From: Vermamoeba vermiformis
Lineage: Eukaryota
NCBI GenBank assembly: GCA_045837725.1
Contig: JBEWZL010000011.1
Span: 124,001 to 188,000, forward strand
DNA length: 64,000 bases
Direction of reading: 5' to 3'
Shown here: positions 27,436-40,742 of the stretch, piece by piece
Numbering within the stretch: position 1 is the stretch's first letter
How the letters are laid out: each line of letters opens with the position of its first letter
The notes under the pieces: model-generated
What the model saw: the letters and a program-made list of their open reading frames with translations, nothing else
The model's database searches: none
What the model was told of the DNA's origin: nothing
Position numbers and translations under genes: made by a program

Positions 27436-28290
27436 TTAAGCGCGCTTGGGCTTAGGCTTGCTAGCATTGAATGCTTGGTGGACGTTTTTCAATTCGTGCC
27501 AGGACTGAATCATCAGGATCAAAGGAATAACGACCCAGATGGCGTTAGGGATCACCAAGTAGAACCAGAACAAGAAAGGATCGCTCGCGTTCAAATTTTG
27601 ATTGCCAGAGAACCATTCAGGTGCAAAGGTCATCCAGCCACCGTACAACTCGGCAGTGCAGAGCACCAGTTGGATGTAGTGTTTCCACCAAGGGTTCTTG
27701 ACGGTCTAACGATATCATTAATAAGATAAGCTTGATATATTGTGTCTTCGAGGTTATACATACAGCATAGAGCATCGCAAGGCACAAGGGTGAGACACCA
27801 AAAACGGTCAAGCTGCATTCAACGGATTAGATCGTTCTTTCCTTTATTGGTCATACCCTATACTTACGTCTCGACGGAAATGACGGTAGAATCGAAGAAT
27901 TTGCCCCAACGATAGTCGGTGGAGGCATAGATCTTCCCTAAACGGCATTATCGGGTCAGAAAAATATCTTTGACACGCGAATTAATTTATTTTTACGGTG
28001 ATAATACCGAATAATATTTAAATATTCCCAAAGTGCTCCTAAATTACTTACAGGGACCAGCCAAGGGGTGATCTGATTTATCTACGAGACCATTGAATTG
28101 GAAATACAAAAAGGCGCCTTCGACAAGGACATGCACTCCTAGGTCCCAAAAATACCACAAATATTAATTTAGTTCCGAAGGATTTGTTCTTAGTGTAAAT
28201 GGCTGTTGCAACAAGCGCCACTACCGCCAAGATGCCGAGCTCGGAGAAGCCAAGCAACGTAGGGAAGTCCATCTTTGATAATGCCTCCAT
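27436..28290 (-). CDS. Emopamil-binding-protein-like (EXPERA domain) membrane protein
   Basis: HVLVEG, YASTDYRW, VISVE, AELYGGWMTF and FWFYLVIPNAIWVVIP motifs. Confidence 0.85.
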
Positions 28291-28508
28291 GTTGAGAAAT
28301 ATAAGAGGTGCTGTCTTCTTCGTTGGGGATTTAGAACTAATGAACCGCCTTTTTTTGGTTCGGTGGATCACGATCGACGAATTAAAAATAGCTCCAGAAA
28401 GTTAAATAAAGACATTTAGAGCTCTGTTCAATGGTATACACATAAAGTAGTTTATTGTAACAGTCTAGTTTAGATATCCACAAAAATGTTATTTACCGGC
28501 GCTGGTAC

Positions 28509-29529
28509 TTAATCAGAGGTCTTAGGAGCACTAATTGAAAAATAGTGTCAATAAATGCAAAAATAAAGCTAAATTAAGCGCATTAAAAAGAAAAGGATTA
28601 TTATCGATAAACAGAAAAAGATCCGTAATTCCTTTTTTGTGAATTGCTATGAACAACAATAAGGATGTTTTGAATAGCCTCAGAATGCCTGGTAAAATTG
28701 TAAGCAAATCATTATGTATCAAGAGTACCAATTCATCATAGGCAATCAAAATACATCCAGAATCCGTTGTCATACCCGCTTCACAACACAGCGATAAAAG
28801 TTTTGGGATAATTTGCGTGCGCTAAATAACACTACATAGTTCTATTATATTATAGACTTACGTCAAGTAACGGCGCACTTGGTTGCCTTGCGCAAAGATG
28901 TTTGTAACGTGCATTAAAAACAGAGGGTAGTTTGGCGGTGAGATTGCCAATGACCATCGCATGAAAAGAACGCTATATACAGTCAACACTAATAATAAAA
29001 CACGGATATTAGTATTTACACGAGTAAAAGAGCAGATCGAGCGCGAAAAATCAGAGATCCGTCAGATCTGTGAACAAAAGTTTTGATTTGAATTGCTCGT
29101 ACCTGAGGTCATTCTAGGATCAATTTTTGAAGGGTCTTTGTTAGCAATTGCATGGCTAATGGCCTGTTAATAATTAAGAAATTAAAAACCATGATCTTGA
29201 CCAGTAATAGCTTTATCGACTACTTACGGCAGCAGGAATACCCCAGTTAGCAACTAAAAATATATACATTAGATATAGCTTGTTAAATACTCGAAAATCA
29301 AAGAAGTCACAATTATTAAATAAACAAATAAAAAATCGGACTGTGACGTGGATCTTTCAGTATTAGCACCATAAAAATCTTATTGATGATTCATAGTAAT
29401 TATTAAAATGAAATATTTAGCCGATTCTTGTTAAGCAACGATAACGGCGAAATTGATAAACTAATCCGTTACGGCTTTAGACTTACCTGCTCCGATCAAA
29501 CCAACAAATTGAACCCAACCTCGACTCAT
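28509..29529 (-). CDS. MPC1: Mitochondrial pyruvate carrier subunit, MPC1-like
   Basis: Spliced: MSRGWVQFVGLIGAVANWGIPAAAISH...[38 protein letters not shown]...APKTSD. Not present in the ORF track. Confidence 0.85.
28677..28743 (-). ncRNA. Intronic box C/D snoRNA (putative guide for the 18S site equivalent to yeast Am541 / human Am590)
   Basis: GCC-T-ATGATGA (box C, 28739-28733)...TTGA (D')...ATGATTT (C')...CTGA (box D, 28683-28680)-GGC terminal stem. Sense to the host intron. D' guide AATTGGTACTC is complementary to GAGUACCAAUU. Confidence 0.75.
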
Positions 29530-29647
29530 ATTGAATATGTGGTTATAAGTTAGATAGAACTGAAAAGATTCTACGGTCCACGAGGGTGAAAAGTCGTTGG
29601 TCTGAAAATTTAATTATTATTTCACTTTGTAATAATAAGCACGCAAT

Positions 29648-30473
29648 ATGGCTTGGAGAGCTTTTGAAACTAAATTAGACGCGTTTTTTGCCCGAACGGG
29701 AATGTTGGGCACTAGACGTCTTATTGGCGGCAAAGTTGGCGACGCTCTCGACAAGAATCCAGTAACTGGTTGGTTCAATAACGGTAAGTATTGCAGGATA
29801 ATATATAAATTAGCATTAATTTAATTGTTTATTTTGCGTAAGAAAATTATCCATTTTTTGCTTAATTATTCGTTATCGTAAATAAATAGCAGCATGCATA
29901 ATCTGACGTTGATATCTAATACAATTAATTATAGTGCTTAATGTGGCTCCTGTAAGTATAATACTACAATAATTTTATGCAATTAACTAACAGATCGTGT
30001 CATCTTGCAAACTTACAGCTCGCCAAGTGGGGTAAGATTCCGATTAATACTCCTTCTAAAAAAAGCACAATATTGACCGCATGTTTATTACGTTAGGTCT
30101 TTCTGTTATGCCTTTGTACGGAGTTTTCACTGGCAAACCCGCCGCTAAAGATCTCGATCTTAACCAATCACTTGGTACGTTTCAATTATAAAATTCGCGC
30201 GACTATAATCATATTAATAATATATTGATGTAAAGCTTTGACATTTACTGGTGCCGTTTGGACTTACTACGCTTTAATTATTTCTCCTCGATCGGAGCTC
30301 TTGTGCGCTGTCAATTTGGCTTTATTCTCTGTTAATGGATATAACGTATACAGAAAGGTGAAGTAAGTAACAGCAAGTGTAGCTTGAATAGAGTACTAAC
30401 GTTGTCCAGGTACGATCGAGAACACGCCGCTCAACAAGCAGCCCTTCCTGCTCCTACTGCTGCTAAACTTTAA
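29648..30473 (+). CDS. MPC2: Mitochondrial pyruvate carrier subunit, MPC2-like
   Basis: Spliced: ...NVAPLAKWGLSVMP...KPAAKDLDLNQSLALTFTGAVWTYYALIISPRSELLCAVNL. Includes 17- and 13-nt exons; not present in the ORF track. Confidence 0.8.
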
Positions 30474-30808
30474 GATCTATTTCACTTTTTACGCAAAATT
30501 GTTATTTACTGTGAATATAAACCCAATTACGTTTAACCTACTCGAGAAAATTGGTCACTTACCAGATTTCGTTCGCTAGGTCCAAAAATATATTTAAATA
30601 TTCTAGTTTAGCAGCAGCTTAATACCCAATGATAAAGCCTCGATTTCTCTGCAGATGGTGCGTAATTAGCCTTCAATAGGCTTTGACCAAATTTTGACCA
30701 GTATTTTTGTACCGTTAGCCAAATTTCTACAATTCGTTGTAAAATTAGCTCGAAGCAACATCGATGTTTATAGTGTAATATAGAAATATAATAGTATTAT
30801 TTATTTAA

Positions 30809-33800
30809 ATGTCTGAAAAAAGGCTAACGAGATCGTTGAGCAAAGGAAAGCTCAAAGGACGAGTCAACTCGATAGATAAGCGCGACAAAGATTTGGTGGT
30901 ATCATTTTTAGAGCCTAGTAATGCAGGAGCAACAGAGTCTTCCTTTGGAATTGCACCTTTTCCAGATTCAGATGAGGAAGGAGCTCTTTCAGATGAGGAG
31001 CCCGTATCTCCTCGTACCGGCTCTTTTGCAAACGACAGTTCTAATAACAACGGCCCACGCTCAAGGGGCAGAATATCAGTCAGTGCTTACAGACAAACGA
31101 AGATCACGAGCAACGCATCCGAAAATAACAATACTAATTCAAATAATGGCGATACATTTGGTTCGCAAAGCTCTGGTAACTCAGAATCTTATAAGTCGAA
31201 TACGGAGTTTGGAAGTGAGAGTATTGGCGATGAAAATAACGAAAGCGAGAAACTGGATGAATCCGCAACCGACGTACAAGAAATTCCAAAATTAACTAGG
31301 TCGTTGTCAGAATTTAGTAAGTACATTATTGCTTTAATACTACGAACTAAAAAATTCCCAAACGAAATAATCTTATCTGTACAAATTATTGCAAAAAAAT
31401 TATGCAGGTGTTGTTTTGGGGCGATTTATTAATATTGATACGATCCTTATTTAGAAATCGGAGGACAACGAGTATCGAGTTCTCCAGGAGTATTGCGCCG
31501 ACACGTACCAGCAGGTCTTCAGCACGCATCGTCAGGTCCTGCTAGTGCTCCTTCAAGTCCTAAAGTGCAACATCACGCGTGGAGTCCAAGTCGGTCTTCT
31601 GCGCCTGGTACACCTGCGAGGAGAGACTCGAGTGACGCTATTGGTAGGTAGTCTGTGACTTGTACTCAGTTACATGCAATTACTTCTGGGGACAACTTAT
31701 AGTTTGTTATTTTACCGTGTGACATTCAAAAAACGATTTTTAATTCGAACGCTCGCGGATCAGAAGCATACGTCTTATATTATGCTCAATTTACTAACAA
31801 TTGAGTCTTATTAGTACGATCAAATCCATCGAGTCCCAATTTGACGAGTTCAGGCGGTGTTTTGCTTGTGGACAAACCTGACAGAGACAAAGTGCGTCGA
31901 GAGCTGTACGAGACTGAAAACAGATTGTGTCAAGATATGCAGATCTTTATTACGGTACGTATCTTTATATGATAGTATATGCACGGCTGTTCTGATCGGG
32001 CGCATTGACTTTGCAGGTATTCGTTCGACCGTTGTACCAATCACTCGATAATCGCGTGCCTATAATTGGCAACAAGAACGATTTGGATACGTTGTTTAAT
32101 AACATTGAAGAAGTTGCTGCGTTTTCAACGAATCTGGTTGCAGCGATCAAAGATTACTTGGATAATAAGGCTGATGTAACTTTCAAATCCGTATTCTCTG
32201 GTGCCGTAAGTTCATTGCAATATCAACCGTTTCCTTTTTAAGTAATGCTTACCGACGACGTTTTGTGATTTAGGGAGCCAATCTATTTGAAGTTTTTGCC
32301 AAGTACACGAACAACTTCCCTCGCGCAAATCATTTACTGCAACAGTTGATAAAAAAGAACCGTAATTTTGAAGTGTGGCTCGATGAACGAGAAAAGAATC
32401 CAGATCTGCGCGGACGAAGATTGCAGGACTTTTTGATCATGCCCGTGCAACGTCCACCGAGATACATTTTGCTCGCAAACGTAAGAATACGATGACTATA
32501 ATGTAACATTGGACTGATATAATCTTTAATAGGAATTGATGAAAAATACGGGCTCGACCAATCCGGAGTTTGAGTCGTTGCAGGAAGCAGTCGGACGGTT
32601 GAAAAGAATTACGACGAAGATTAATGTTTTGCAACGAAGAGCTGATAGAGAGTTAAATAAGGTACTTTAATATAGTACCATAATTAACATTTATTAATAC
32701 TTTAACGTAGATGTTGCGCGTCACCGTCGAGTTTAAACGTGCGACAATCGTGAAGCCAAAAGGAGATGATGTCTATGTCGTAAGTATTCTGCTAGTCTTG
32801 AAGAAGGGTATATAATAATAACACTTCCTAATTTAGAAATACAAAATCGAAGTGCTGAAGCAAGGTGTTTTCTACGTGAGTGTGACGAGGACGTTCAATC
32901 ATTTCTGCGAATTAGAAGCAAAGGCAAGCCGCACAATCTAGTAACTATTATTGATATACTAATATGGTATTACAGATGATGAAGGAGTTCGAGGCAATTT
33001 CGAAGAAGAATCCAGTTCTCCCCTTCGAGCGCAAGCTAACAAAATCGGTGTCGAATGATTTCACCAAAGAATCGATTGTCGATCAGGCGTTGTGGCTGAG
33101 AAAATGGCTCAATAGTATTTTAGGCAGTCCTGCTCATTCGAATTCAGTCGTACTTGCCGAGTTTTTGAAACCAGTACGTTTTATTTCCAAATATGGAAAT
33201 GAAAATTCTTATTGCTCAATTTTGATTGTTAAATGACTGATTGTATTATAGGCGGGTGTTCCTGGCGAAAGAATTCCGTTGAACGATGTTTTGACCGACA
33301 CTAAATTGTACAACGATTTCGACGCGCATCTGAAGAAAAAGTGAGCAGCTTCGTCATATTATCTTACAATTGCAATTATAATAGAAACTAATTCTTGTAA
33401 AGGTATTGCGATGAAAACTTGGAGTTTTATGGCTTGTGTTTCACGTTCAAGAGATTCATCTTCGAAGACAGATCCACGCACAATTTGAGGGCTATTAAAG
33501 GTAAGTCACTTAATAACGATTATATCGACCCTTTATAGCACTGCTAACGAGGCGTTGTAGATACTGCTTTGTTGATCTATTCTACATTTGTAAAAGACGG
33601 AGCAGCAAAACAACTGGCATTTAGTCCCACTGTAAATCTGCAAGATATAAGTACGTAGAACTAAAGAGATATATATAAGCATAGTAATATGTTATATGCT
33701 ATGTTGTTGGAGCTTTGAAGCTGATCCTTCGTTCGTTTTTTTAGATGAGAAATTGCAGGCAACAGAGCCGAAAGATATTACGCGTCAATTTTCAGAATTG

Positions 33801-33875
33801 TACGACGAAGCAGTGGCAGATGTAACTTCAACACTAATGACTCATTGGTTAGAGTTCTTAAGGGATCACAAATAA
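30809..33875 (+). CDS. RhoGEF (DH) - PX - RGS domain protein
   Basis: RELYETE, LFNNIEEV and LQDFLIMPVQRPPRY (DH); VTRTFNHFCELE...LRKWLNSIL (PX); LNDVL...F...LKKKYCDENLEFY (RGS). Ser/Asn-rich N-terminus. Confidence 0.8.
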
Positions 33876-34087
33876 GATCTGACTGCCCAATAATTCCTTG
33901 TAAATTTTGCTCGTAACGCGTTAAAATGCATAATAAACTAATTTCTATTTTTTGAATTGTAATATTACACCTAGCGTAGGAGACGCAGAATTTTTATCAA
34001 TTTTATTCGACAATTTTTCATGAACGAGTTTGATTGCAGAAATTTGGTCGTGAAACGAAATTTTCAGTTCATTAGTATTTGTAAAAT

Positions 34088-35828
34088 ATGGAGAAGAGCA
34101 GTATTGTAGGCGCAGCAACCTCGTTGAAGGAAAAAACGAACGCGTTGCTCGATGACTTTTTGCTTCAGTTAACGTCATCTCTTGAGCTTCTCGAGCAACA
34201 AAAGAGCCCTTCTACTATTAAGGAGCATAAATTAGTGCTCGAGTTGGCCAAGTTGGATCCTGAATTGCTTGAACGATTGAACGCTGAGGCTGCCAGCAAA
34301 AATTTACCAGTGTTGGGTAAGAAAATTGGTTAAAAATTTGATTTATCTATCAAAAAATACTACGTTATTAAATAATATTATTCATATTTTAGAGCATCAA
34401 AAACTAATTTATTGAATTTTTAGCACATCTGTTGGAAATTGTGCCAATTTTATCAGCCGACGGCGGTTTACCAGAGAAAATTCCAGTATTGCCTAGCGAC
34501 AAAGCATTCGTATTAAATTATTCAGGCCATGAAGTAGTTTATAAAGTCCCTGCTGGCGTCTCAAAAATGACAGTCAAAATGTGGGGTGCTGGCGGTGGAT
34601 TTGGTGGTGATGCTGGCCTTGCTTATCTTAACAGCCAAAACAACAATAACGGAGGTGCTGGTGGTAAGTCCATTGTCAATTTCAATTCATTTTTTTGGTC
34701 CCAACGGATTCTAAGTGTCCCTTCATTAAATTGCAATATTACAGCATTAAATTCTGCTAATTTCATTCAAATATATGACGTTTAATTGATTAATACCATA
34801 ATTAATCGCTTAATTAGGCTTTACTACCATGACAATCTCCGTCAAAGAAGGTGATATTTTCAGATTCCGCGTTGGCGGTGGTGGCAAATCACGAGCGTAA
34901 GTTCTCTCTATATACTAGTGATTATAATAATTATAATATAGTAATTAATAATATACTATATTACACTTTCCATGTCTGATGTATTTCGTTGGTATTGAAT
35001 TGGCGTTTATTTTTGGAATTGACAATTTTGCTAATGAGCTAAAAATAGCGACGGATCGTACGGAGGATTCAACGGAGGCGGCACAGGAGGTATCGGAGAT
35101 CACAGCGGAGGCGGAGGCGGCGGTGCCTCGGACATTCGGACACGCGACGGAACTCGTCTTGCAGTTGCTGCTGGCGGAGGCGGTGGCGGAGGGTAAGTGC
35201 AATGCTTATTTCACTGAATACAAGCATGGCCACGTGATCGACATACCACTCAGAAGTCAAACAAAATCGATTATACAACGAAATTTTATGGGTGTTAGGT
35301 CTCATGTTTGTGTTCACTGAACGGCGCACAGATGCAATATCATATTACACTATCATATGTATAATATCATGTCCGAGTAGTCGACGCTAATTATCGTTCA
35401 TGAACAGCGGTTGGGGCCTCTGTTACGGCGGTGCAGGCGGTGGCGAGTGCGGTCAAGACGGATTCAACGGCACGTACGGCGGAGTACCTGGCTGCGGTGC
35501 ACGTGGAGGTCGCGGCGGACTTTCATCATCGCAGTGCAGACCAGCCACAGCTGAGCACGGTGGCGACGGTGCTACACTTCATCGCATGGGCGGTGGCGGT
35601 GGCGGCGGTGGCTACGGCGGAGGAGGCGGTGGTCTCTGGGCACTCGGCGGCGGTGGTGGCGCAGGCTACGTGAGCGAACTGGCCGATGCAGCTGTGAGCT
35701 ACAGCAAGGCTGGCAATGCACACGTGCCCGCTGAAGCAGAGCACGCGGACAGACAAGGTGCTGGTGACGGTGGCGTTGCGGGCAAAGAAAACGGTGCTAA
35801 TGGTCGCATTGTAGTGTCATTCCAGTAG
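34088..35828 (+). CDS. Glycine-rich domain protein (ALK/LTK GRD-like)
   Basis: YKVPAGVSKMTVKMWGAGGG, GGAGGFT, FRFRVGGGG, GGGGGASDIR, LAVAAGGGGGG, GGGGAGYVS and GANGRIVVSF. Confidence 0.75.
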
Positions 35829-36102
35829 AATAAAGTCGCACGTGTACAGTTGAACCGAACTTATGGATGTGCACTGGTCAAATTATTATTTTGGTTTAGC
35901 AGCACCGTCCCTGGTTCGTCTTCTTATCTAAGCGGATCGATACGTTAAAGAGGTGTTATTGAATTAAGCATGACTAGTGGTCTATTAGAATCTTGGTTTA
36001 AGAAAAATATACGTTATTTTCCTCTACAGTTTTACAGCAACAGCACCATTGGTCCGCTGCGAACTGATTTTGTTGTACGGCATCTTATTAATCGTAATCA
36101 TC

Positions 36103-37994
36103 ATGGTAAGCTATCGGACCGATAATGCAGCACTCACCTATAAAACTCATCCGTAATCGTGGTTTAAACAATTTTTATTGAAGTAATTAATTCACACCCC
36201 TCGTGCAAAATATTAATTGACTTTATTTGAGCTGTGAATTAATTTCCTGAATTATTTTCTAATATTTTTCGCCAGGACTACATCCGCGATACCTTACCAC
36301 AAGAGATCATCGACTTAATAAGGTCGTTTATGAACCTTAAAGCAAAACGCATAATGCGATCAACGAACAAATACTGGTTCAATTACATCAAATTAGACGA
36401 ATTTACAATTTATTTTGCACGACCAAAAACACTTCCCAACATTGTGCAGCATTTTCAGCAACTATACGGAGATCAATCAATAGGATTATCGTTAGAAAAG
36501 GTCGTTATAGGCAAATTAGAAGATTATCCAGTTCAGCATCTGGTTCAGTTGACGAATCTGACATCGTTATCAGTCAAATTCAGCCTAGGATCACTTGGCA
36601 GTCTCAAAAATGAAGGAACACTAACGAGTTTGACAAATTTACTCCGTTTATCACCAGCGCACGTTAATGATGGTAAATTTACCAACTTGACATCAATCGT
36701 GTATGGCAATGAAAAAACACGTGCTCACCTCACACTTTACACCAAGCTGCGCGAGCTAACAATCGGATTATATCAATACAAAGGAAATCCATTTGAACTA
36801 GTCGCCAACCCTAGCTTATTAACCAAATTTGATATCGGAGTATCGCAAATGGAAGTCCCTTTGGATTGCGCCAACTTGATGACTCAGTTCAAAAATTTGA
36901 AAGCGATGAAATATTATCAAATTGCAGACGGAACTTTGCCGAGAATATTTCAATATTTAACGGGTCTAGAACGATTAGAATTATGTCGTGGCTTTCCACA
37001 AGACGACATACTTCTGTTGACTCGATTGACGTCCTTGATCGGAATTTCTCTTGTGGATCGAGGAGACATTATTGCCCAGCTATCCGTTTTTCAAAATTTG
37101 AAGCAACTCCTAATACCGCGGACAAAGAACGAGAGCTATTCATTTTTAGAATCTTTGACAGCGTTGGAAGAGTTGCAGCTTCATTACGTTGGTGTCAGTG
37201 TGGGCAGCGAAGGATTAAAATTCATAAATTCTCAGAAATTAACTCGATTGGAGATTAACAACGCAGCGGAATTCTTCAATTCGGATCTATTATCAACACT
37301 TCACACTCTACGAGAGCTTCGAATAAGCGAATTTATGCAAAACAAAGTCCAAAAAAGTTACGATGCACTGACGAGTTTGACGAACTTGACCTTCTTGTAT
37401 TTATTAACACAAACACCAAATTCAGCTCGACTTACAGTGCTAAATAGCTTATTGCACTTAAAGGAGCTGAAAATTTCAAGCTACAATGATGTCACTTACA
37501 CGCATCCGGATCTGACGTTCAGCAATTTGACCAATTTGGAAGCGCTAGTTCTCGGCTGTTGTACTTCGCAAACGTTATACGAAGGACTATCTTATTTAAC
37601 TCAATTAACGTGCGTCGACATCAACTTATCCGCCGAAGAATTCAGGCAAAATCCCTATGTGTTTAGTCAAATGACGCAATTACGAAAGTTGGCTTTCTCG
37701 AAACAAGTCTCATCGGATCGATTATGGGACTGGGTGACGTGTTTGACTAACTTGGAACATTTGGATGTTTGGCGAGTGGACTCCGAAGACATTATAGAGT
37801 CATTTTCAGTATTAACAAACTTGAAAGTGCTTAATATGAGAAGATCGCATAAAGTCAAAGGAATTCACTTGACAAAACTGACCACCTTGCAAACACTGTA
37901 TTTCATTTCGAAACCAGCGAGAAAACTCTACGAGAAGAATCATCTGCTCATTGAAAAATTAACTCGCTTGGCTTCCAAAGACTTTCGGTCATAA
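36103..37994 (+). CDS. F-box-like + leucine-rich repeat protein
   Basis: ATG, intron, then DYIRDTLPQEIIDLIRSF (F-box-like) and many LTNLxxL repeats in one long exon. Confidence 0.8.
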
Positions 37995-38285
37995 TAAACA
38001 ATTTTTTGCTACAAAACTGATGGACGAAGATCTGCAATCTTTTTTGGCGCATCAGTTCGTCTGTCCTTGATTTAACAAAAGCAGATTAAACTAGGATCGG
38101 AATGAGCGGATCAAATAAGGAGCTTACAAGTAGACGATAGCACTCAAGACACTCTCTTTGCCATAGAGAGTGCTACTAATGCTAGCGTGCCAGGAACTGC
38201 CGCCCTTGATCAATCAGGGGACAAGTTGTGAATTAAAAACACAAACAAAACACACCATCAAGCTTCCAACATAAATAATTGGTTT

Positions 38286-38353
38286 TGTTACCGCCACTTT
38301 TGACTCTATGACACGGCACACAAAACGGCGAAATCACTTCAGCTGGTTTTGAC
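38286..38353 (+). repeat. Left TIR of Ginger-type element
   Basis: Reverse complement of 47120-47187. Confidence 0.9.
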
Positions 38354-38475
38354 TCACAACGCACCCTCCGCGATTCTTCTTGTTACTTGTGCAAAATTAT
38401 TTGGAGTGTTGTGTTATAGTATTGACAATATAAATACCCAATAATGATTCAAATTTTTATCTTCAAATCGTTCAA

Positions 38476-40556
38476 ATGGATGACTGGCAGTACCAAGTGT
38501 ATTGCCGAATCCTGCAAGGATCAGAAGCTCCCTTTGATGTGCCGGATGTCCCACAGCTTAGTCGACATCAGAAGAACAGTCATCGTAGAGTCGCAAAAGC
38601 AAATTTTTGTTTAATTGATGGTAAATTATATCAACGAGTGAAATTCAACGAGACAGTTCAAGTCAGCTTAAAGCCTGTAGAACAGATGGCTGAAACCCCA
38701 GTTATTGGAGTTGATTTTATTCTACAAAAGCAGAAGAACTCAAAATTAGTGCCTGTTGCAAAGTGCGTAAATTTTTTGATCGGATTTGGCATTAAAATTC
38801 TTATTTAGGGCTTCTGAAAAGCAGCAGTGGCTGCGTCGTGCTCATGACGAAAATGGTCACCAAGGACGCGATGCCACATTAAAGTTCCTGCGAGGCAGTA
38901 TACACTGGCATGGAGTTAAATCTGACGTTAGCGACCACATCCGAGTCTGTGATACTTGCCAGCGTACTAGAACAGATTACACTGTTGCTCCCTTGCAACA
39001 CATTATTCCAGAGTACGTTAAATATTAAATTGGTTTGGATCAAATTAATTAATTTTGATTGCAATAAGGAAGCCCAACGTCCGATGGCAGATTGATTTTA
39101 CAACTGTTGCAGGGCATCAAGGCTATTTGTTAATAGTTATTGATTGCTTTAGTAAGCACGTTTGGTTCAAATGGCTGCCGACAAAAGAGTCATCTGGTGT
39201 GACTGCATTCCTGTTGTCTATTTTCAAAAAAGAAGGCCAGAGACCAAAAATAATTCAATCTGACAATGGTGGCGAGTTTATCTCTGAAGCGATGAATCAG
39301 ATCGCTGCTGAATTCAACATTGAAATTATTCATGGCCGGCCATGCCACCCGCAATCACAAGGTGAGTATTAATTAATTAAATGACATTTTTTAATCAATT
39401 ATTTAATAGGAAATGTTGAGCGGGTGAACAAAACTATTAAAGCAATGCTTTACAAGTTAATCCGTGCAGCAAAAGAACAAAACCGTCCTTACTCTGTTAG
39501 TAAGTTGATTGAGAATGTTATAGACATCTACAACAATTCGTCGCACTCATCAACTGGTTTCACTCCTTTGGAACTGCAACGTCCAGTTTTGCTGAGCCCA
39601 ACGCACGCACAAACACCACGCGAGATCTTGGCTGAACAACGACTGCAACTAGCTGGCCTATTTGCTCGTGCTCATGAGCAATTACAACGTGCTGCTCAGA
39701 AGGCCGACAAAGTTCACAATAAGAAGTATTCCACCAAGATTCGAATCTTTAAAGTCGGAGATCGGGTGCTCTACAAAATCCCAAAACAACTACGAAAAAA
39801 AGGCCAACCAGGCTATGATTGTGAAGCTGAAGTAGTTACAGTGCATCGCAACTCGCGTTACTCATTAAAATTCACAAGCAATGCCCCTCCAAACTCAAAC
39901 AGGACGTTCAACGCAAATGAATTTAAGCTGTATTATGGTAAGTAATTTTAATTTTATTTGATTTAATTATTGACGCATCTATTTAGCAAATCCATTAAAC
40001 AACAATTCTGACGAGCAGGAGCCAGGTAAAAATTGCACAGGCCTTACAAGTTAACTAATATTTGAAAAGAAGTCGTTGCTGAACCATCGAATGAACCAAA
40101 GAGCCAGGATGAAGACTCGGAACGTACGTAGCCTTTTATTCAAACAAATTTCGTCTGACTATTCCATGTAGTGTTTGAGGTGAACTACAGTGCCGAGAGC
40201 ACATCAGACGACAATACAGCTGACAATAACCACAATGCCGAAGGTGATTACGTAGAATACTCGCTGAGCCTCTCAGATGTTGAGGTGGAGAACCAACTCG
40301 CACTGTTGTTGGAATCGGAAGAGGAGCCTTCAGCACAAGAAAATAACACAAACGTGATGGTTAGCAGCGCACATGAAGAGTCCTCAGTTTCAGAGCCAGG
40401 TGAGTCATTAAATTTTTAGTGACGTTGGATTAAATAATTTAAATATTATTCACAGACTATCTGACATATAGACCAAAACCCCGAGGCCAAATTGCACGCA
40501 AACCTGGGGTTTCTGAATGTCATCAATTCAGGCTGCTTGGATCGCCAAAGAAGTAG
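38476..40556 (+). CDS. Ginger-type DDE integrase/transposase, intron-containing
   Basis: H2C2 zinc finger (AHDENGH...VCDTCQR), WQID, QSDNGGEF, HPQSQG|NVER (D-D-E), and C-terminal FKVGDRVLYK (SH3/GPY-F-like) followed by an acidic tail. Exons join in frame to TAG at 40554-40556. Confidence 0.9.
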
Positions 40557-40689
40557 ATCAACCGATTCAGATGGAATAATTTTTATTATCATTATTAATA
40601 ACAATCATATTTAATCAACACACCAACATATTAATATCATCTTGTCACGTTTAAAACACCTAATAAATGAAAAGGCTAAAATTAGTCAC

Positions 40690-40731
40690 ATCGAAAGGTA
40701 TTGTAAAAACCCAGTTGGGTATATTTCATTT
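40690..40731 (+). repeat. Left TIR of Sola-like element
   Basis: 40/42 match to the reverse complement of 46818-46859. Confidence 0.9.
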
Positions 40732-40742
40732 ATTTTAGATAA

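Noticed and set aside
29254-29487. Second snoRNA in the first MPC1 intron
   Set aside because: A short stem and a CTGA are present, but there is no convincing RTGATGA box at a suitable distance.
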